64,000 bases of DNA. It comes from Octopus vulgaris. Lineage: Eukaryota. The translations under genes were made by a program, and so were the position numbers. The number at the start of each line of letters is the position of its first letter. Position 1 is the stretch's first letter. The stretch covers positions 11,036,001 through 11,100,000 of the forward strand of contig OX597821.1 of the NCBI GenBank assembly GCA_951406725.2. Direction: 5' to 3'. The notes below the pieces were generated by a model, which ran no database searches, was not told the origin of the DNA, and saw nothing but the letters and a program-made list of their open reading frames with translations. Below are positions 26,933 to 40,874 of this stretch, one piece after another.

Positions 26933-27712
26933 TCTACAATTTCTACCGGTTCTACAATTTTTTGAAGAACAACCTGCATAAGCGATTTGTTTACTGTGAT
27001 CAAACGTTTTTCCTACACATGCTGTATACTCACACCATCTATCAAATAGTTTTTCCCTATATAGGTGAATGTCGTGCTACATGACGGATTCTGGCGTGAT
27101 CAGAGAGCAACATCAGAACACAACCAAGAACCCGGTCCGAGGGTCAAACCCACGAACACGAGATCGTAAGCGCAACTTTTTAACTGTCACTATAATTGAA
27201 ATTATGTAGAGCTAATTAATGCAGATAATAATGAGACTAATGTTGACGCTGATAGTCTTGGTACTTATAATGTCTGTGTTTGACGTAAATAGGGATGACG
27301 CGGATAATGACGAAAGTGACCACGGCAATATGATATAAAACTGATGGAGGCTTCGTTGGCATATTTTGATAATGGTTGTTGTAACAGATGGGGATGATGA
27401 AGAAAAAATATTTGTACAACTAGAAGAAAAGCACGAGAGTGTCTCGCTAATAAAAGATAATAGAAATTGTATTAAAAAAAGAGAAGGAAGATAAAATAGA
27501 GATGCTTGAAGGAAAAGCCATTAAAATAAAATTTATGCGTTGGCGGATTGCAAATATGGAAATTTTAATATTAGTAAATATTCAGTAAATCACTGACACA
27601 AATTTTGCTATCTGAGACAAGAAGAAATATAAAAAAAAACAATAATAAGATTTGTACATATTCGTGTGTATGTGTATATGCATGTGTATATATAGGTATA
27701 TGTAAGTATGTG

Positions 27713-27783
<71 letters not shown>

Positions 27784-28010
27784 GTACAGGAATATAAAGC
27801 GAATGTACACGAATTTTCCTATTCATCGCCTGCAAACATATATGCCTGTGAATATTAGGTGAAGCTCTACATTAGTGGCGATAACCTACCGGCTGCTATT
27901 TCTGACAATAATCGTACATCTTATACATTCGTTTTCTATTTATATTTCTATATTTTACGATGCTCGATGGCAATATTATTATTTTGAATAATATTTTATA
28001 TCTCTTTTAC

Positions 28011-28051
<41 letters not shown>

Positions 28052-28056
28052 TATGT

Positions 28057-28106
<50 letters not shown>

Positions 28107-28186
28107 GTATAGATATATGTATATATATATAGATATATATATAGATATAGTTATATTTATGTCATATATATATGTATATATATATG

Positions 28187-28243
<57 letters not shown>

Positions 28244-28430
28244 AATCTAACATTAGAACTAACAAATAAAAAATAAAAAGAACATACAAATGGAGTATAT
28301 TAGCTTGACGCACAGTAAAATTTGAAAAAAGATTGTTTTTACGGTTTCAGAGCAAAGAGCTATGCAGGGAGACGCTAGGAGAAAGAAAAAAAGTTCAGAA
28401 AAAGCACGTATGTGCCTATATATATATGTA

Positions 28431-28515
<85 letters not shown>

Positions 28516-28603
28516 ATAAATGAGACTCCACATACGACATATCTCTGTAATTCACATATGCAAAACAGAAGGAAGAAATAACGAAAACAAAGTCTAACGG
28601 TTA

Positions 28604-28670
28604 TTTACGAACGCGTTTCTAGATTAGGAATATAATAAAATATAAATTCCATGTCTTTCATCAGCGTAAA
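28604..28670 (-). ncRNA. minimal type I hammerhead ribozyme motif (Penelope-like terminal repeat type)
   Basis: Minus strand reads TTTACG-CTGATGA-[a aga cat ggaat...attcc taa tct a]-GAAA-CGCG-T-T-CGTAAA: 6-bp stem I, intact core boxes, palindromic stem III loop. Confidence 0.72.
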
Positions 28671-28890
28671 CCTCCACTAAAATAGATTTATCAAATGCTA
28701 CGTACCTCCACTTCTCGATCAGGCGACATCGAAATAGTGAAAGAAAGCAAGCATAGGCTAAATCTATATAGACGATTGAATCCGTAAATTTTCCCTCCAA
28801 AATTTTACCATGCGTATTACAAAACTACTTCCTTAGAGATAGAAACTATGGGTTGTCGTAAGGGAGTGAAAATTCCAATTAGTAATATAA

Positions 28891-29099
28891 TAAGGGTAAA
28901 TTATAGCTTTAGTGGTTTTTAAAAAAAACAACAATTATTTACTGGTAGATTTCGGCCTGCCGCTTTTATTTATATACAAAATATATGTGAACTTTTATAA
29001 AAGTTCCTACCGTTAATGGTTAAATTTACATGCCGAAATCTACCCGTAAATAATTGTTGTTTTTTTTTTTTAAACCCATTAAAGCTAGTATTTACTCTT

Positions 29100-29100
<1 letters not shown>
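28891..29100. repeat. imperfect inverted repeat, arms about 66 bp, spacer about 75 bp
   Basis: taagggtaaattatagctttagtgg...aattatttactggtagatttcggc (28891-28956) versus gccgaaatctacccgtaaataatt...cattaaagctagtatttactctta (29032-29100). Confidence 0.8.
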
Positions 29101-29155
<55 letters not shown>

Positions 29156-29158
<3 letters not shown>

Positions 29159-29828
29159 ATTCTCCGAACTTTCAGAACAAGAGAGAAGGAGACACTGATG
29201 GTCATCTGGAAAACATTCGTCCTCACCCGCTTGGACTACTGCTCCCAACTATGGTCACCACACAATATAAAACTAACAGCAGAACTCGAAGCATTTCAGA
29301 GAAGCTACACAAAGAAGATCGTCTCAATGCAAAATATCAGCTACTGGGAAAGACTGAAAGTATTAAACCTCTTCTCCCTAGAGCGGAGACGGGAGAGATA
29401 TGCGGTGATATACATCTGGAAAATCCTGGAGGGTCTTGTCCCAAACTTTGGCATTCAAAGTTACCCCAACCGCAGAACGGGGCGCCACTGCATGGTGCCA
29501 AAGATTCCAATATCAGCATCAAAATACAGGTCCAGATACAGCAACTGCTTGGGTTTCAGAGGACCACAGCTCTTTAACATCCACCCTAAATGCCTGAGAG
29601 ACTTACATGGTGTCGATGTGGGTTTCTTTAAAACTAAACTGGATCTCTTCTTGTCGTGTGTCCCAGATGAACCTACCTCACGACAGGAGACGCAGATGCG
29701 GGCAGCAGCATCGAACTCCCTTGTTGATCAAGTGTCACGTATCAGAGGTGGATTCACATATTAGTGTAGCTCATTCAGTGGTGGTGCCCCAGCATGGCCG
29801 CAGCCTTCGGGCTAAAACATTTTTAAGG

Positions 29829-29832
<4 letters not shown>
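29156..29832 (+). mobile_element. CR1-group LINE 3' fragment inserted in (TA)n
   Basis: Open frame WILRTFRTRE...RLDYCSQLWSP...YWERLKVLNLFSLERRRERY...PDEPT, then 3' UTR ggtggtgccccagcatggccgcagcc. (TA)n on both sides. Confidence 0.92.
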
Positions 29833-29881
<49 letters not shown>

Positions 29882-30636
29882 AATATATATATATGATATG
29901 TATGTATGTATTTATGTGTAAATATTATTATATATGTATGTGTGTGTGTGTGTGCGCGCATAAGTATGGATGGATGCATGCCTGTATATATAAGAACGTA
30001 GTCTCGTAGTTACAGTATTTGGCCCATGTTCATATGAGTGTTCAATCGATTTTTCCGTCGGGCAGTGTATTTCTGTTTTGAGTAAGGTACCTCATTTCAA
30101 GATAAAGTGGTTACCGTTTATTGCGTGCGTAGCCTTCAATCACCACGCTTGACTTTCATATCCTGAATATTAATAAGTCTCAAATGAACAGGAGTTGCGT
30201 AACTGCAAATAGTATTAGCCGACAGCTGATTCCGCTCTAAGAAACGCTGCTCAGAGTAGAAAGGGTCAGTGTGACTTCTCACAATTTCATCAAAGCGAAT
30301 AATGATTTATCTTTATTAAGGAAACTGTACGAATATGTATGTATATATGCATATATATATATACAATTCTCTGTAAGTAATTATGTAACTGATATATCTA
30401 ACTACGCAGCTGATGCTCTTTTGTGGTTTATTAATTTGTATTAAAGTATTCATCTATAATTGTGTTGTGGTTGATATGAGATACCAGATGAGATGATATC
30501 TGTGAATTAATACTACTGCGCATCCGGAGCTTGTTAGTACCATAAATTATAAATATATTAATTTCGAACAACCGGCCATTAGTCCTGTTATGGCTAACCA
30601 AACAAAAACCAAAAAAGAAAAAAAAATATATAAATA

Positions 30637-30668
<32 letters not shown>

Positions 30669-31025
30669 CATGCACACACACATACATACACACGTACACA
30701 CCAACACACACTCATATATGTGTGTGTATGTGTGTGTGTATGTATGTATACATGTATGTATATATATATATATATATATATTTATATACAGAGGTATAGA
30801 TTTATGTATATACATAACATAATATATATACAATATATAATATACATAATATATCATATATATGTATATGTATATGTACACACACACATACACGCACACA
30901 TAAAAATGAAGGTGTATAAAGAGATATAGTATGTTTGTGTGTATGTGAGCATATATGTGTGTGCATGTGTGTGTATGTGTGTGTGTGTGCAAAATAATGT
31001 GAAAAGCAAAAGCATTATGGGCTAT

Positions 31026-31068
<43 letters not shown>

Positions 31069-31254
31069 TTACTTTGATAAATCTCAGCAATATTCCATGA
31101 TTAGTAGACAAATATTATCGTAAGCATCTAATCAATTTATAACTGAGTTTTGGTAAACGTGGGACCAAGAAAACCATTTTTTTAGCATCACATTGATATC
31201 CTTGACGAAGACACTTCCGCACTTAAAATTCGTAGTTGAAACTAAATATATATT

Positions 31255-31630
31255 TCTACTCTAGGCACAAGCCTCGAAATTTGAGAGAGATGGTATTCGT
31301 TTAGATCGACTCCAGTACGCAACTGGTGCTTAATTTATCGACTCCGAAAGTACCTCCGCAGAATTTTACCTCAGAACGTAAAGACAGACTGAATACCTAT
31401 TTCATTATTACCCACAAGGGGCTAAAGACAGAGGGGACAAACAAGGACAGACATAGGTATTAAGTCGATTACATCGACCCCAGTGCGTAACTGGTACTTA
31501 ATTTATCGACCCCGAAAGGATGTAAGTCAAAGTCGACCTTCGGCTGTATTTGAACTCAGAACGTAACGACAGACGAAATACGGCTACGCATTTCGCCCGG
31601 CGTGCTAACGTTTCTGCCAGCTCGCCGCCT
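31255..31630 (-). mobile_element. SINE family B, one intact copy abutting a partial older copy
   Basis: Two successive 'gaccccagt..cgtaactggtacttaatttatcgaccccgaaag' blocks. Confidence 0.85.
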
Positions 31631-33041
31631 TGTAAAACTATATTATATTGCGACTCCAACAATGGCTTCTAAACCCAAACCTATCTCTAGCCGGCTTATA
31701 TACATATGTAGAAAAGACAACTCTCGTATGTTTCAAAGTGAGATTACTCCTTTCTGATATTCATTTGTGCTTCTTAACGTTGCTAATACCTAGCAACATA
31801 TCACATAATCATGTTACCAGACGTAACACCTATCTGTCTGATGTCGTAGATAAATCAACAATTAGTCTGAAATCACATGAAGCCTGGATCAAAATAAGCA
31901 GGTATGGTTTTCTAGTGGATAATACTAAGAAGACAATCTCAATACGTTGCTTACTAGCTGGTACCAGATAATTGTCTCTTCCACCTAATATTGTAGAACA
32001 GCAAAGGAATCCAGTTGACGTTGTACTGTGAACTTCGGTACGTGATCTGAATTATCAAATATATTGCCTCAATGTTATCACCAAACATTTTCGAATAAAG
32101 AATTATACTTATTCCTCTCCGACAATTTTCTAAAGTTGTCTGATCAGCTAAGCTAGATCTTGATTTACAACAACGATCTACATTATTACAATTATTAGGT
32201 TTATCCTGGATATCTTATCAAAGGTAATCTTATCAAATCACCAACAATGAGGTTTGGGCCTTAACCCAGTCATCTATCCTCTTCATCTTCATCCTTCTCT
32301 AACAATGTGACTCCACATGCCGGACCGCACAACCGCATGCTTTGTTTGAATATCGAGAACCAGCTGCATTAGAAGGAGCAGAGAGTAGGCATGAAAATAT
32401 AGTAACGATTCCAAAGAGAAAAAAGAGAGAGGTGCTAGAGAGATACAAAGTCACTTGGAGTGAATTTCGAAAGATGGGACAATATTTCAAGCGAGCTTTC
32501 TCTTTTCATGGTGGAAATAGGAAAAGTGTTAAAAACAGGAGAGGATATGTTGTCGCTTGTTGATTACATATGCCTAGTGTGATAGAATATGCACAAACTC
32601 TATATATGTAGGAAAAATGCGAGATATGACCTCAGGGTCTAACTTACAAGTTAAGGCTACACAAGTATGTCCACTTTAAACCCGCTCTCTTAAGTCTCCA
32701 GTCATATTAAAAGTGAACAGTGCTTTGATACATAAACAAACAGGTACACACACATATATGTGGGGTTGTGTATGCATGTATGTATACATGCAGGCTTATA
32801 GTTGCCTACATATTTGCCATTACCAATTGTTTCATAAGATCAAAAGCAAGTGCCTAACCGACACACAGTAAATAAAGATTTAGTCGCATTCGGCTTAAAT
32901 AGGTAAGCTAGTTTAGTTCATTAAAACAAATAGGGAATACATTATTGCAGATATCTGGTAGATTGGAAATATACTTCAGTTTATGAAACTCCGATTATTG
33001 AGTGAGTAAATAACTATCTGTCGACCGAGAAATATATGTTA

Positions 33042-34288
33042 TCTATTATAATAAACGCGAAATGATGTTCGTCCGAGATTCCTGTATCTCAGCTTACATT
33101 TGTTTTATACAGACATATACGATTGGGAAATCAGGATGATCCTGGGATTGAATATCTAGTTCTTCAGTATCTAGCATTGGGAATAGTTCTGGATGAGGAT
33201 TTGTTGTACGTTAACGGTTGAAAATTTAAATATTAAAAGAAATCCAAAAATTTGTGAACTTACATTTTGTGCACTTAAATTGAATTTAAAGTAATAAAAC
33301 AAATTTGTGATCGTTCAAATCAAACTTCCACCCAAATCGGACTTTCGGCCAGATCAGACTTTCGGCCTGAGTGGACTTGTGGTCGGATATGACTTCCGGT
33401 GCAGTCGTTTTATTAAGACATTTGCACCTCAGCTGCTAGATCTTGGAAATGGAAGCTGAATAATGGAGACATCAGTTTTCCAAATGGCTGTGGCATTTTG
33501 ATCAAAACTGTTGAAGAATTGATTACCAAGGTTTACCCAAACGTTAAGCATAATTTTCAACATCATGACTGGCTTTGTCAAAGAGCCATACTTACACTAA
33601 AGAATGAAACTGTCGAGGATGTCAATTGGAAATTTATGCAATCAGTCAATACTGAGAAAAAGATTATTGCTTAATGGATACTGTTGTGGACCCCAGTGAA
33701 GCTGTGAATCATCCTACTTAGTTTCTTAGCTCTTTAGATCTTCCTGGAATGCCTTCTCAGAAACTGATATGGAAGAACGGAATTCCAATCACAATTTTCA
33801 GAAATCTGTATCCTCTGCAAAGGAACAAGACTGGCAAATGTCTTCACATCTTTTGGAAGAAACAATCCTCACTGGACATGGAAAGGGGGAAATGTGTTTA
33901 TTCCAAGAATTTCACTGATTCCAGGAGGCGTGTCCTTTGAATTCAAGAGACTTCAGTTTCCAGTGAGAGTTAGTTTTGCAATGCCAATTAACAAGAATCA
34001 AGGCCAACCACTGAAAATTGTTGGACTTCACATCATGCAACAGGACTTCTCCCATAGTCAGCTCTATGTTGGCTGTTCCAGAGTTGGAAATGGCAAGAAT
34101 CTTTTCAAACTCACACCAAATAGAAAAAGCAAGAATGTTCTTTATCCTTCTGCTTTACCTTGATCTCCAAATGCCACAGTAATACAAAATTCTCCAAATG
34201 TGATACTCTGTGATATAAATGTGTGACGATAGGCTACCAATAAACGCTTTATTGTTATAACTAGCGTAAAAGTCCGCTTTTAAGCTAA
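33042..34288 (+). mobile_element. Helitron, internally deleted, retaining the Pif1-type helicase C-terminus
   Basis: 5' A|TCTATTATAATAA. ORF 33894..34163 FIPRI...FKRLQFPVRVSFAMPINKNQGQ...FSHSQLYVGCSRV. 3' short hairpin (agcg...cgct) then CTAA|T, which fits CTRR. Confidence 0.88.
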
Positions 34289-34639
34289 TATATTTTTTAA
34301 ATTGTGTGCAGCTCTCTTCTGTTTGCCCACATACACAGTGTAATATTACATTTACATACAAACACACACATAGACACACAAACACACAAACACACACACA
34401 CACACAAACACACACATACACACACATATATATATGTGTGTGTGTGTATGTATATACATATTCAGAAATTAACTGGTATGCGGTATCGCATATTTGATAG
34501 ACATGTATGCTCGTAGATTATACAGTATGTTTTAGTAAATATGTAAACGAAAAAGAAATTATGATGATGATGATGAAAATGATGATGATGATGACAACGA
34601 TGACAACAGTGACGAAGATGCTGATGGGGATGATGATGC

Positions 34640-34676
<37 letters not shown>

Positions 34677-35595
34677 CACAACTGAAACGAGACCCTAATC
34701 AACTTCTGTTTGACTTTCATAATATGGTTTCCAGCACTGGTTTGTTTTTCTTCATTTGTTTTTCTTTGTCTGGTTATCAACAGAGAATTAGCAGAGAAAT
34801 AATAAACATTTTCAACTTAAATCTAATATTAACTTGATACATAGATGCGTATGGGAGCAACAACGAAAAGTAAAATAAAACTAAATAAAATTATCAAGCA
34901 AACATTGAACTATGTTTATACAATTTCATCAAGTTCTATTATTTAGCTATGTCCCTCAAGTAGGTTTGTTTGAGGCGGTATGCTCTTCCATATTTTTTTC
35001 ATTTCCATAGATATTATTTTGTTATTTTTAAAGCAAAGATTGACAGTAAACTTCGTTAGCTTAATATTTACAATAGAGTGTAGTCACGTTTTAAATAGTT
35101 AATCTATCTATTGCTTTTTATATTTATCTACACAGACATTGCTAAGCACTTGAATGGCATTATAGAGTTGTTGTTTTAAATATTTTATGAAGCTTCCTCA
35201 TGGATGCATCTGTTATTCAGCAGTTGCTGTTTGACAGAATGAAATACTGCTTACTGGTTTCACTTCCCTAGCAGAATCCTTCCATTTATGACACTCGTGT
35301 CTATAATGTCGACGCACGTAATTAACATCAAAAGGTTTAGTCCTTGAAGTATAAATGTTGGTGAGATAACATGACTGTGCAGTGTGGAAACTCAGTTCAA
35401 GATAATTCTGTTTGTAAATACTAGTAAAAAAATAAATTGGCACCGCGCAGTATCATTACCATTTCTTGCTAATCTTCTATGAATTTAAATTAACTTTTGC
35501 AGTTCCGAGTAGTCATTCTCAAGTAAGTAACATTACTATTCAGTTTATATTTTCAGAATCACTGATGAGGCTATGAAAATATATTTTATCATCTT

Positions 35596-35852
35596 TTATT
35601 TCCTACTTGTTTCGATCGTTTGAGTGCTGGCAACGTAGGGCATCGACTTGAAGAATACTTAGTCGAATGAAACGCCCAGTGTTAATTTTTTAAAAGCCTG
35701 GTACATATTCTATCGGGTGTTTTGCCGAACTGCAAAGTAACGGAGACGTAAACACACCAACGCCGATTATCTAGCAGTGGTACGGTACAGACAGACAGAC
35801 ACACGCACGCACACACAAGCACACATATATACGTATACATAAATACATATAA

Positions 35853-35884
<32 letters not shown>

Positions 35885-35940
35885 GCATATATATATATAC
35901 ATATATACATATACATACATATATATATACATATATACAT

Positions 35941-35989
<49 letters not shown>

Positions 35990-36032
35990 TGTATACGCAT
36001 ATACATATATACATATATATACATATATACAT

Positions 36033-36098
<66 letters not shown>

Positions 36099-36253
36099 CA
36101 TATATATATATATATGACATGCTTCTTTCAGTTCCGTTTACCAAATCCACTCACAAGGCTCTTGTAAAAGACATTTGACCATTGTACCAATGCTGTGGCA
36201 ATGAACCCGGAACCACGCGGTTGAGAAATATGCTTCTTACAACACAGCCACAC
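35596..36253 (-). mobile_element. SINE family A, decayed, with an expanded internal (TA/CA)n tract
   Basis: Head (gaacccggaaccac...acacagccac) and body (gccgaactgc...gtaaacacacca) flank about 300 bp of microsatellite. Confidence 0.75.
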
Positions 36254-37625
36254 CAGTGCATATGTTGATTATTTAATGGAAAGTTGATCAGGTGATCATT
36301 TGGAAATTTATAATGATGGCAATATCTTGGTGTGACTTCTATTTTACCAATACTTAGTAGACCATACGCACATATTTGTGACAGAAACAACAACTTAACA
36401 GATAAAAATCACACAATTTCAGAATTTTTGTCCTTATTTATGACTTAGTCTGAAGAGAAAAGGCAGCATGCATGGTATTTTGTGAAGCCCGAATGTGGGA
36501 GATTTGACTACAGAATCTGTTCGGATGTGTGTTGTGGACAAAGTGAATTAATTCGATTAAAGACTCAGTTGCCAGATGATGGTTTTAAAATGGGTGACTG
36601 ATTAGGTGGTCATTAGTAATTGTGGGGTGTATCCCTAGCTTATCTGGTGATCCTACCTACAGTCTATTTTGATTTATACTATGTACATAGAAAGGGAGAA
36701 ACTATGATACCCCCCAGAAGATGATTTCTTCACACATGACTCATAAGAAACACTTTTCTCAATTATATCTTAAACACTTCCACTGGATTCTCTTTCATTA
36801 AATGATATACAACGAATTTAGCTGTTATCGCCATCGGATTACAAGATCGTCTGGCAGGTGTTAGGACATATACTAAAGACGAAAAAACAGAGATTCTCGA
36901 AAATTACTTCTTGGACCTCATTTCCTTGCAGGAGATTTATTCTATCCGTCTGTAATTTTGATTCACAAGTGGACACGACAACTGCATTCTTGTTGCTTAA
37001 CTTAGGCAAATGACGCTAACAATTAAGCTATAGTGGCGCGTAAGAAATTCAATATCTTTGAAAAAGCTACATAAAAATACCCTTGCCTTTTAGTTCTGCA
37101 GTGATGTTTTTTCTACTTCAGTATAAATTATTCGAAGATGGCTGTACCATCAGTTTTCAATGATCGACCTGAATTCCTACATAACTCTACATTTAAGATA
37201 GTTAAGCCTGTCTTTTTAATTTTCATTATTATTTGAGTTATGCATCAATAGAAATTACTTCATTAACTTGTATGCACCTTGAAGTCGGCAATATATTTCT
37301 GATTTATAGAGTTATGCTGAACACCTTCTGTCAAGGGGGGTATAGATCTGGCTTATCAGCTGAGTCCATTATGAAGATCGCACCTACGCCTTCTTTTCAC
37401 CTTGAAGTGCAGTCAAGTTTTATCTGCCTGGTGGTCTTAAGGAAAGAGTTAAAGTGTGAAAGTGGACTAAAAGTGCTGAGGTCAAACTATTTCTGCATTG
37501 GTCAAGCGTTTATCAACATTTTCAGTTTGTCTTCGAATGAGGACAGCTAAAACAAGTACAAGTTGGGCACAGGAGTTCATAAAATCGATTATCCCTTTCC
37601 CGCTAAAATTACTAGCCTTGCACTA

Positions 37626-38195
37626 AGTTGCTTGCTTACCAACTACATGGTTCCGGGTTCAGTCCCATTGAGTGGCACCTTGGGCAAGTGTCTTCTACTA
37701 TAGCCTCGGGCTGACCAAAGCCTTGTGAGTGGATTCCGTAGACAGAAACTGAAAGAAACCCATTGTATATATGTTTATATATATATATATGTATATATAT
37801 GTGTGTGTGTGTGCGTGTGTGTGTGTATGTGTGAGTGTGTTTGTGTGTCGGTGTTTATCCTCTAACATCGTTTGACAACCGATGTTGGTATGATTACTTC
37901 CCTGTAACTTAGCGGTTCGGCAAAGAAACCGATAGAATAAGCACCAGGCTAACAAAGAATAAGTCTTGGTGTCGATTTGCTCGACTAAAGGTGGTGCTCC
38001 AACATGGCCTCAGTCTAATGACTGAAACAAGTAAAAAGAGTAATCCTTTAAGGAGGTGAGCTGGCAGAATTGTTAGCACGCCTGACAAAATGCTTTGTAG
38101 CATTTCTTCTTTCTCTTTACGTTCTGAGATCAAATTCCGCCGTGGTCAACTTTACCTGTCAATCTTTCGGAACCGATAAAATTTGTAAAAGTTGA
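37626..38195 (+). mobile_element. SINE family A followed directly by a SINE family B fragment
   Basis: Family A to about 38040, then ggaggtgagctggcagaattgttagcacgcc... from about 38052. Confidence 0.85.
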
Positions 38196-38423
38196 ATATT
38201 GGTAGTTATTTTGAAGGAGAGGATAGAATCAATGCAATGACATAGGGATAATTCATAGTTTCACATAGATGATTGGTGTCAGAAACTGTACGTGATTGAC
38301 GGTGAGACGTAAGTTTAACATTTTCAATTACCTCCAAAGATATTCTAAGATAAGATTGGTTATAATAAAAAAAATCGTAATTGATTTTGGCTTTCACTAA
38401 ATCAGTTTCTTGAAATATCTTAC

Positions 38424-38864
38424 CTGCAATGACACATCCTTTTGTCTGGCAGAGTTGAACATTTGATTGCTTAGTGGTTGCAGGTTGTGGAGTGGACGGT
38501 ACTGTTGTATTAGGTTGCATTTTGGTACCATTGTTGTTCAAGTGTGATTTTGTAGTAGCTATTTGAATGGTCGATGCTGTGGTTTGAACAGATTTCCCAC
38601 TTTTTGTAGTATATGTTGAGTGCCGCATCGATGTTTGTGTCGGAATATATTTTGAAGTTTTCGATAATGATACATTCGCTTTAAGTGTTGATGTTGGTTG
38701 TGAGTTAATATTTACTGAGGTACTTGCGAGGCCAGTCTCTGTTGTATAATGGGTTGTTCCAGTCAGTCCAGTAATCCTAGTAGCATTAGGTTGTATAGAA
38801 CTACTGGTTGTTGATGATAAGAATGGATTTAAGGATGGGACAGCAGTAGTGGTTGCATTTTTAT
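38424..38864 (-). CDS. M13 peptidase exon, 441 nt, Ser/Thr-rich mucin-like stalk plus first Cys motif
   Basis: Acceptor tttttttctattgattttag|AT and donor GCAG|gtaaga, phase 1-1. It ends LCQTKGCVIA, and splicing to 9904 gives CQTKGCVIAAARILQAMNMSVEPC, the canonical M13 'C....C...A..I...M...V.PC'. Confidence 0.9.
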
Positions 38865-39836
38865 CTAAAATCAATAGAAAAAAATATTGTCATTATTATC
38901 CAATTTCAACAGAAATCTTATCGTTTCTTCCAAAGCAAAACTACCTATTTATACATTTCTATTATTTGGAATTACTTGGAACACATTTGAGACATTGAAA
39001 ATAGTTGGATTTCCTTGTAATTTATTTATCCAAACAAGAACACAGATTACAACTATTAGATTTTATTTACATATAAAGCTGTTCGTTTTTTTTTTTTGTT
39101 TTTGTCTTCTTCTTTTTTTATATGAAATACGCTTTTCGATGATTTTCTCTGGGTAATTTAATTCTATCCTACGAATTAAATTAAGTTAACCAACATAGTA
39201 ATTATCGACCGGAAAATCATGTCTCACTAGAAAAGAAAACAAAATTCTAAATATATCATTCCATCTTCTCAGCTATAATTTACAAGCAACGCCTTCGTTT
39301 CTTAATCATGTCACCCACTAAAACATTCTAATGTGACTTCCACACAATAGGCCAATTATATCAGTGGGGCAGAAAGAGAAGGAGTAGTTTCATTTACTCT
39401 GACAGTAGACAATTGGAAAGAGAACACGTCATATCAAGCACGAGAGGCGGCGAGGGAAGGCTGGAGGAGAACAGAACTGGGCAGAGCACATTAACCTCCT
39501 CATGTGTAGCCCGGATCGAATAGTAATTGAGTGTAAGACTAAGCAAGTTCAGTTATTCATAAAGTATCAATGAGAGGTACAATTCTCTGTATGTAGAGAG
39601 TACTGAGTCTATTTCAAAAGCTTTTTGTTGTGTTGGGAACAGAAAATTCATGTTCTTAATAGCTGAGGTGTACAGCCCGCTATTCCCTCCCTCCCCCCTG
39701 TCTTCTTCTGCTTTATCTCCACTTTTTTCTTTGTCTTCTTGGTGAGGTAGTTATTTTAGTTTTCTCACGATAATGTGACGGTGTCTATCTTTATTTTCTT
39801 CCGCGAAAAATATGATGTTAATAAAATATCCTTCAG

Positions 39837-40040
39837 TGGCGAGCTGGCAGATTAGTTAGAATGCGGGGCAAAATGCTTAGCTGCATTTCTTGAGTTTTTA
39901 TGTTCTGAGTTCACATTCCACAAAAGACAACTTTACCTTTCATCCTTCAAGGGTCGATAAAATAAGTGTCAGTTTACCACTGAGATCGATGTAACCCACT
40001 TTGTCCCATCTCTGAAATTTCTGGCCTTATACCAAAATTT
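39837..40040 (+). mobile_element. SINE family B, decayed
   Basis: ggcgagctggcag...gttctgagttcacattcc...ctttcatccttcaagggtcgataaaataagt. Confidence 0.75.
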
Positions 40041-40656
40041 TGAACCATTATTAAAACATAATTATACCGGTGGCACGATTTGACACTATTTTGGTAATTT
40101 CTATAACAACGATTAACAAAGGTCCATTTATTTTTCACTTTATGAGATATTTGCGAAATATTTTAAGCATCGCCATTGAATAAACAGTAATACGGATCAC
40201 TTTTAAAACCTACAAGAATATTGGAGTAAAATAAGTTATGATTAATCTAGAAGCCAGATCCAAAATGTTCCAAAACAAAAAAAAATTGGGCTGCGTTAAA
40301 CTCATTCAACGTTCAGATAGTAAAGGTACCAACAATGGAAGATTACACCTACCATCACAGAAGAATAACGGTTTCTGCAATAGACTTTCATTCAGGTTTG
40401 ATTACAAAATATCATTTACAAGTATTTGATAGTCACAATCCTACAGCAGAAAATCCTTGTTCATGTGCAGTGGGATTGATCCTGAATATTCGAACTCACA
40501 AAGCAAGCATCTTAACTGCAGCATTAAACCTGAGTCTTACAAATTTGCATCATAGAGGAATATAACTAAATTCTATTTGTTTACTTTAGTCTGCGATCCC
40601 AATGGTTTTCTGCCATTCTAACACAGTTAACAAACATAAATATAAAACAATCAAAG

Positions 40657-40819
40657 GGTAGGAGTGGATGTCTGCTAAGTAGCTTGCTAACCAACCACAT
40701 GGTTCCGGGTTCAGTCCCACTGCGTGGCATCTTGGGCAATTGTCTTCTGCTATAGCCTCGGGCCGACCAAAGCCTTGTGAGTGGATTTGGCAGACGGAAA
40801 CTGAAAGAAGCCTGTCGTA

Positions 40820-40874
<55 letters not shown>

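Noticed and set aside
35560-35590. CTGATGA-ggctat-GAAA
   Set aside because: No flanking stems. Expected by chance in AT-rich DNA.
38206-38423. C-terminal part of ORF 38206..38874
   Set aside because: Intronic read-through past a consensus donor at 38423.
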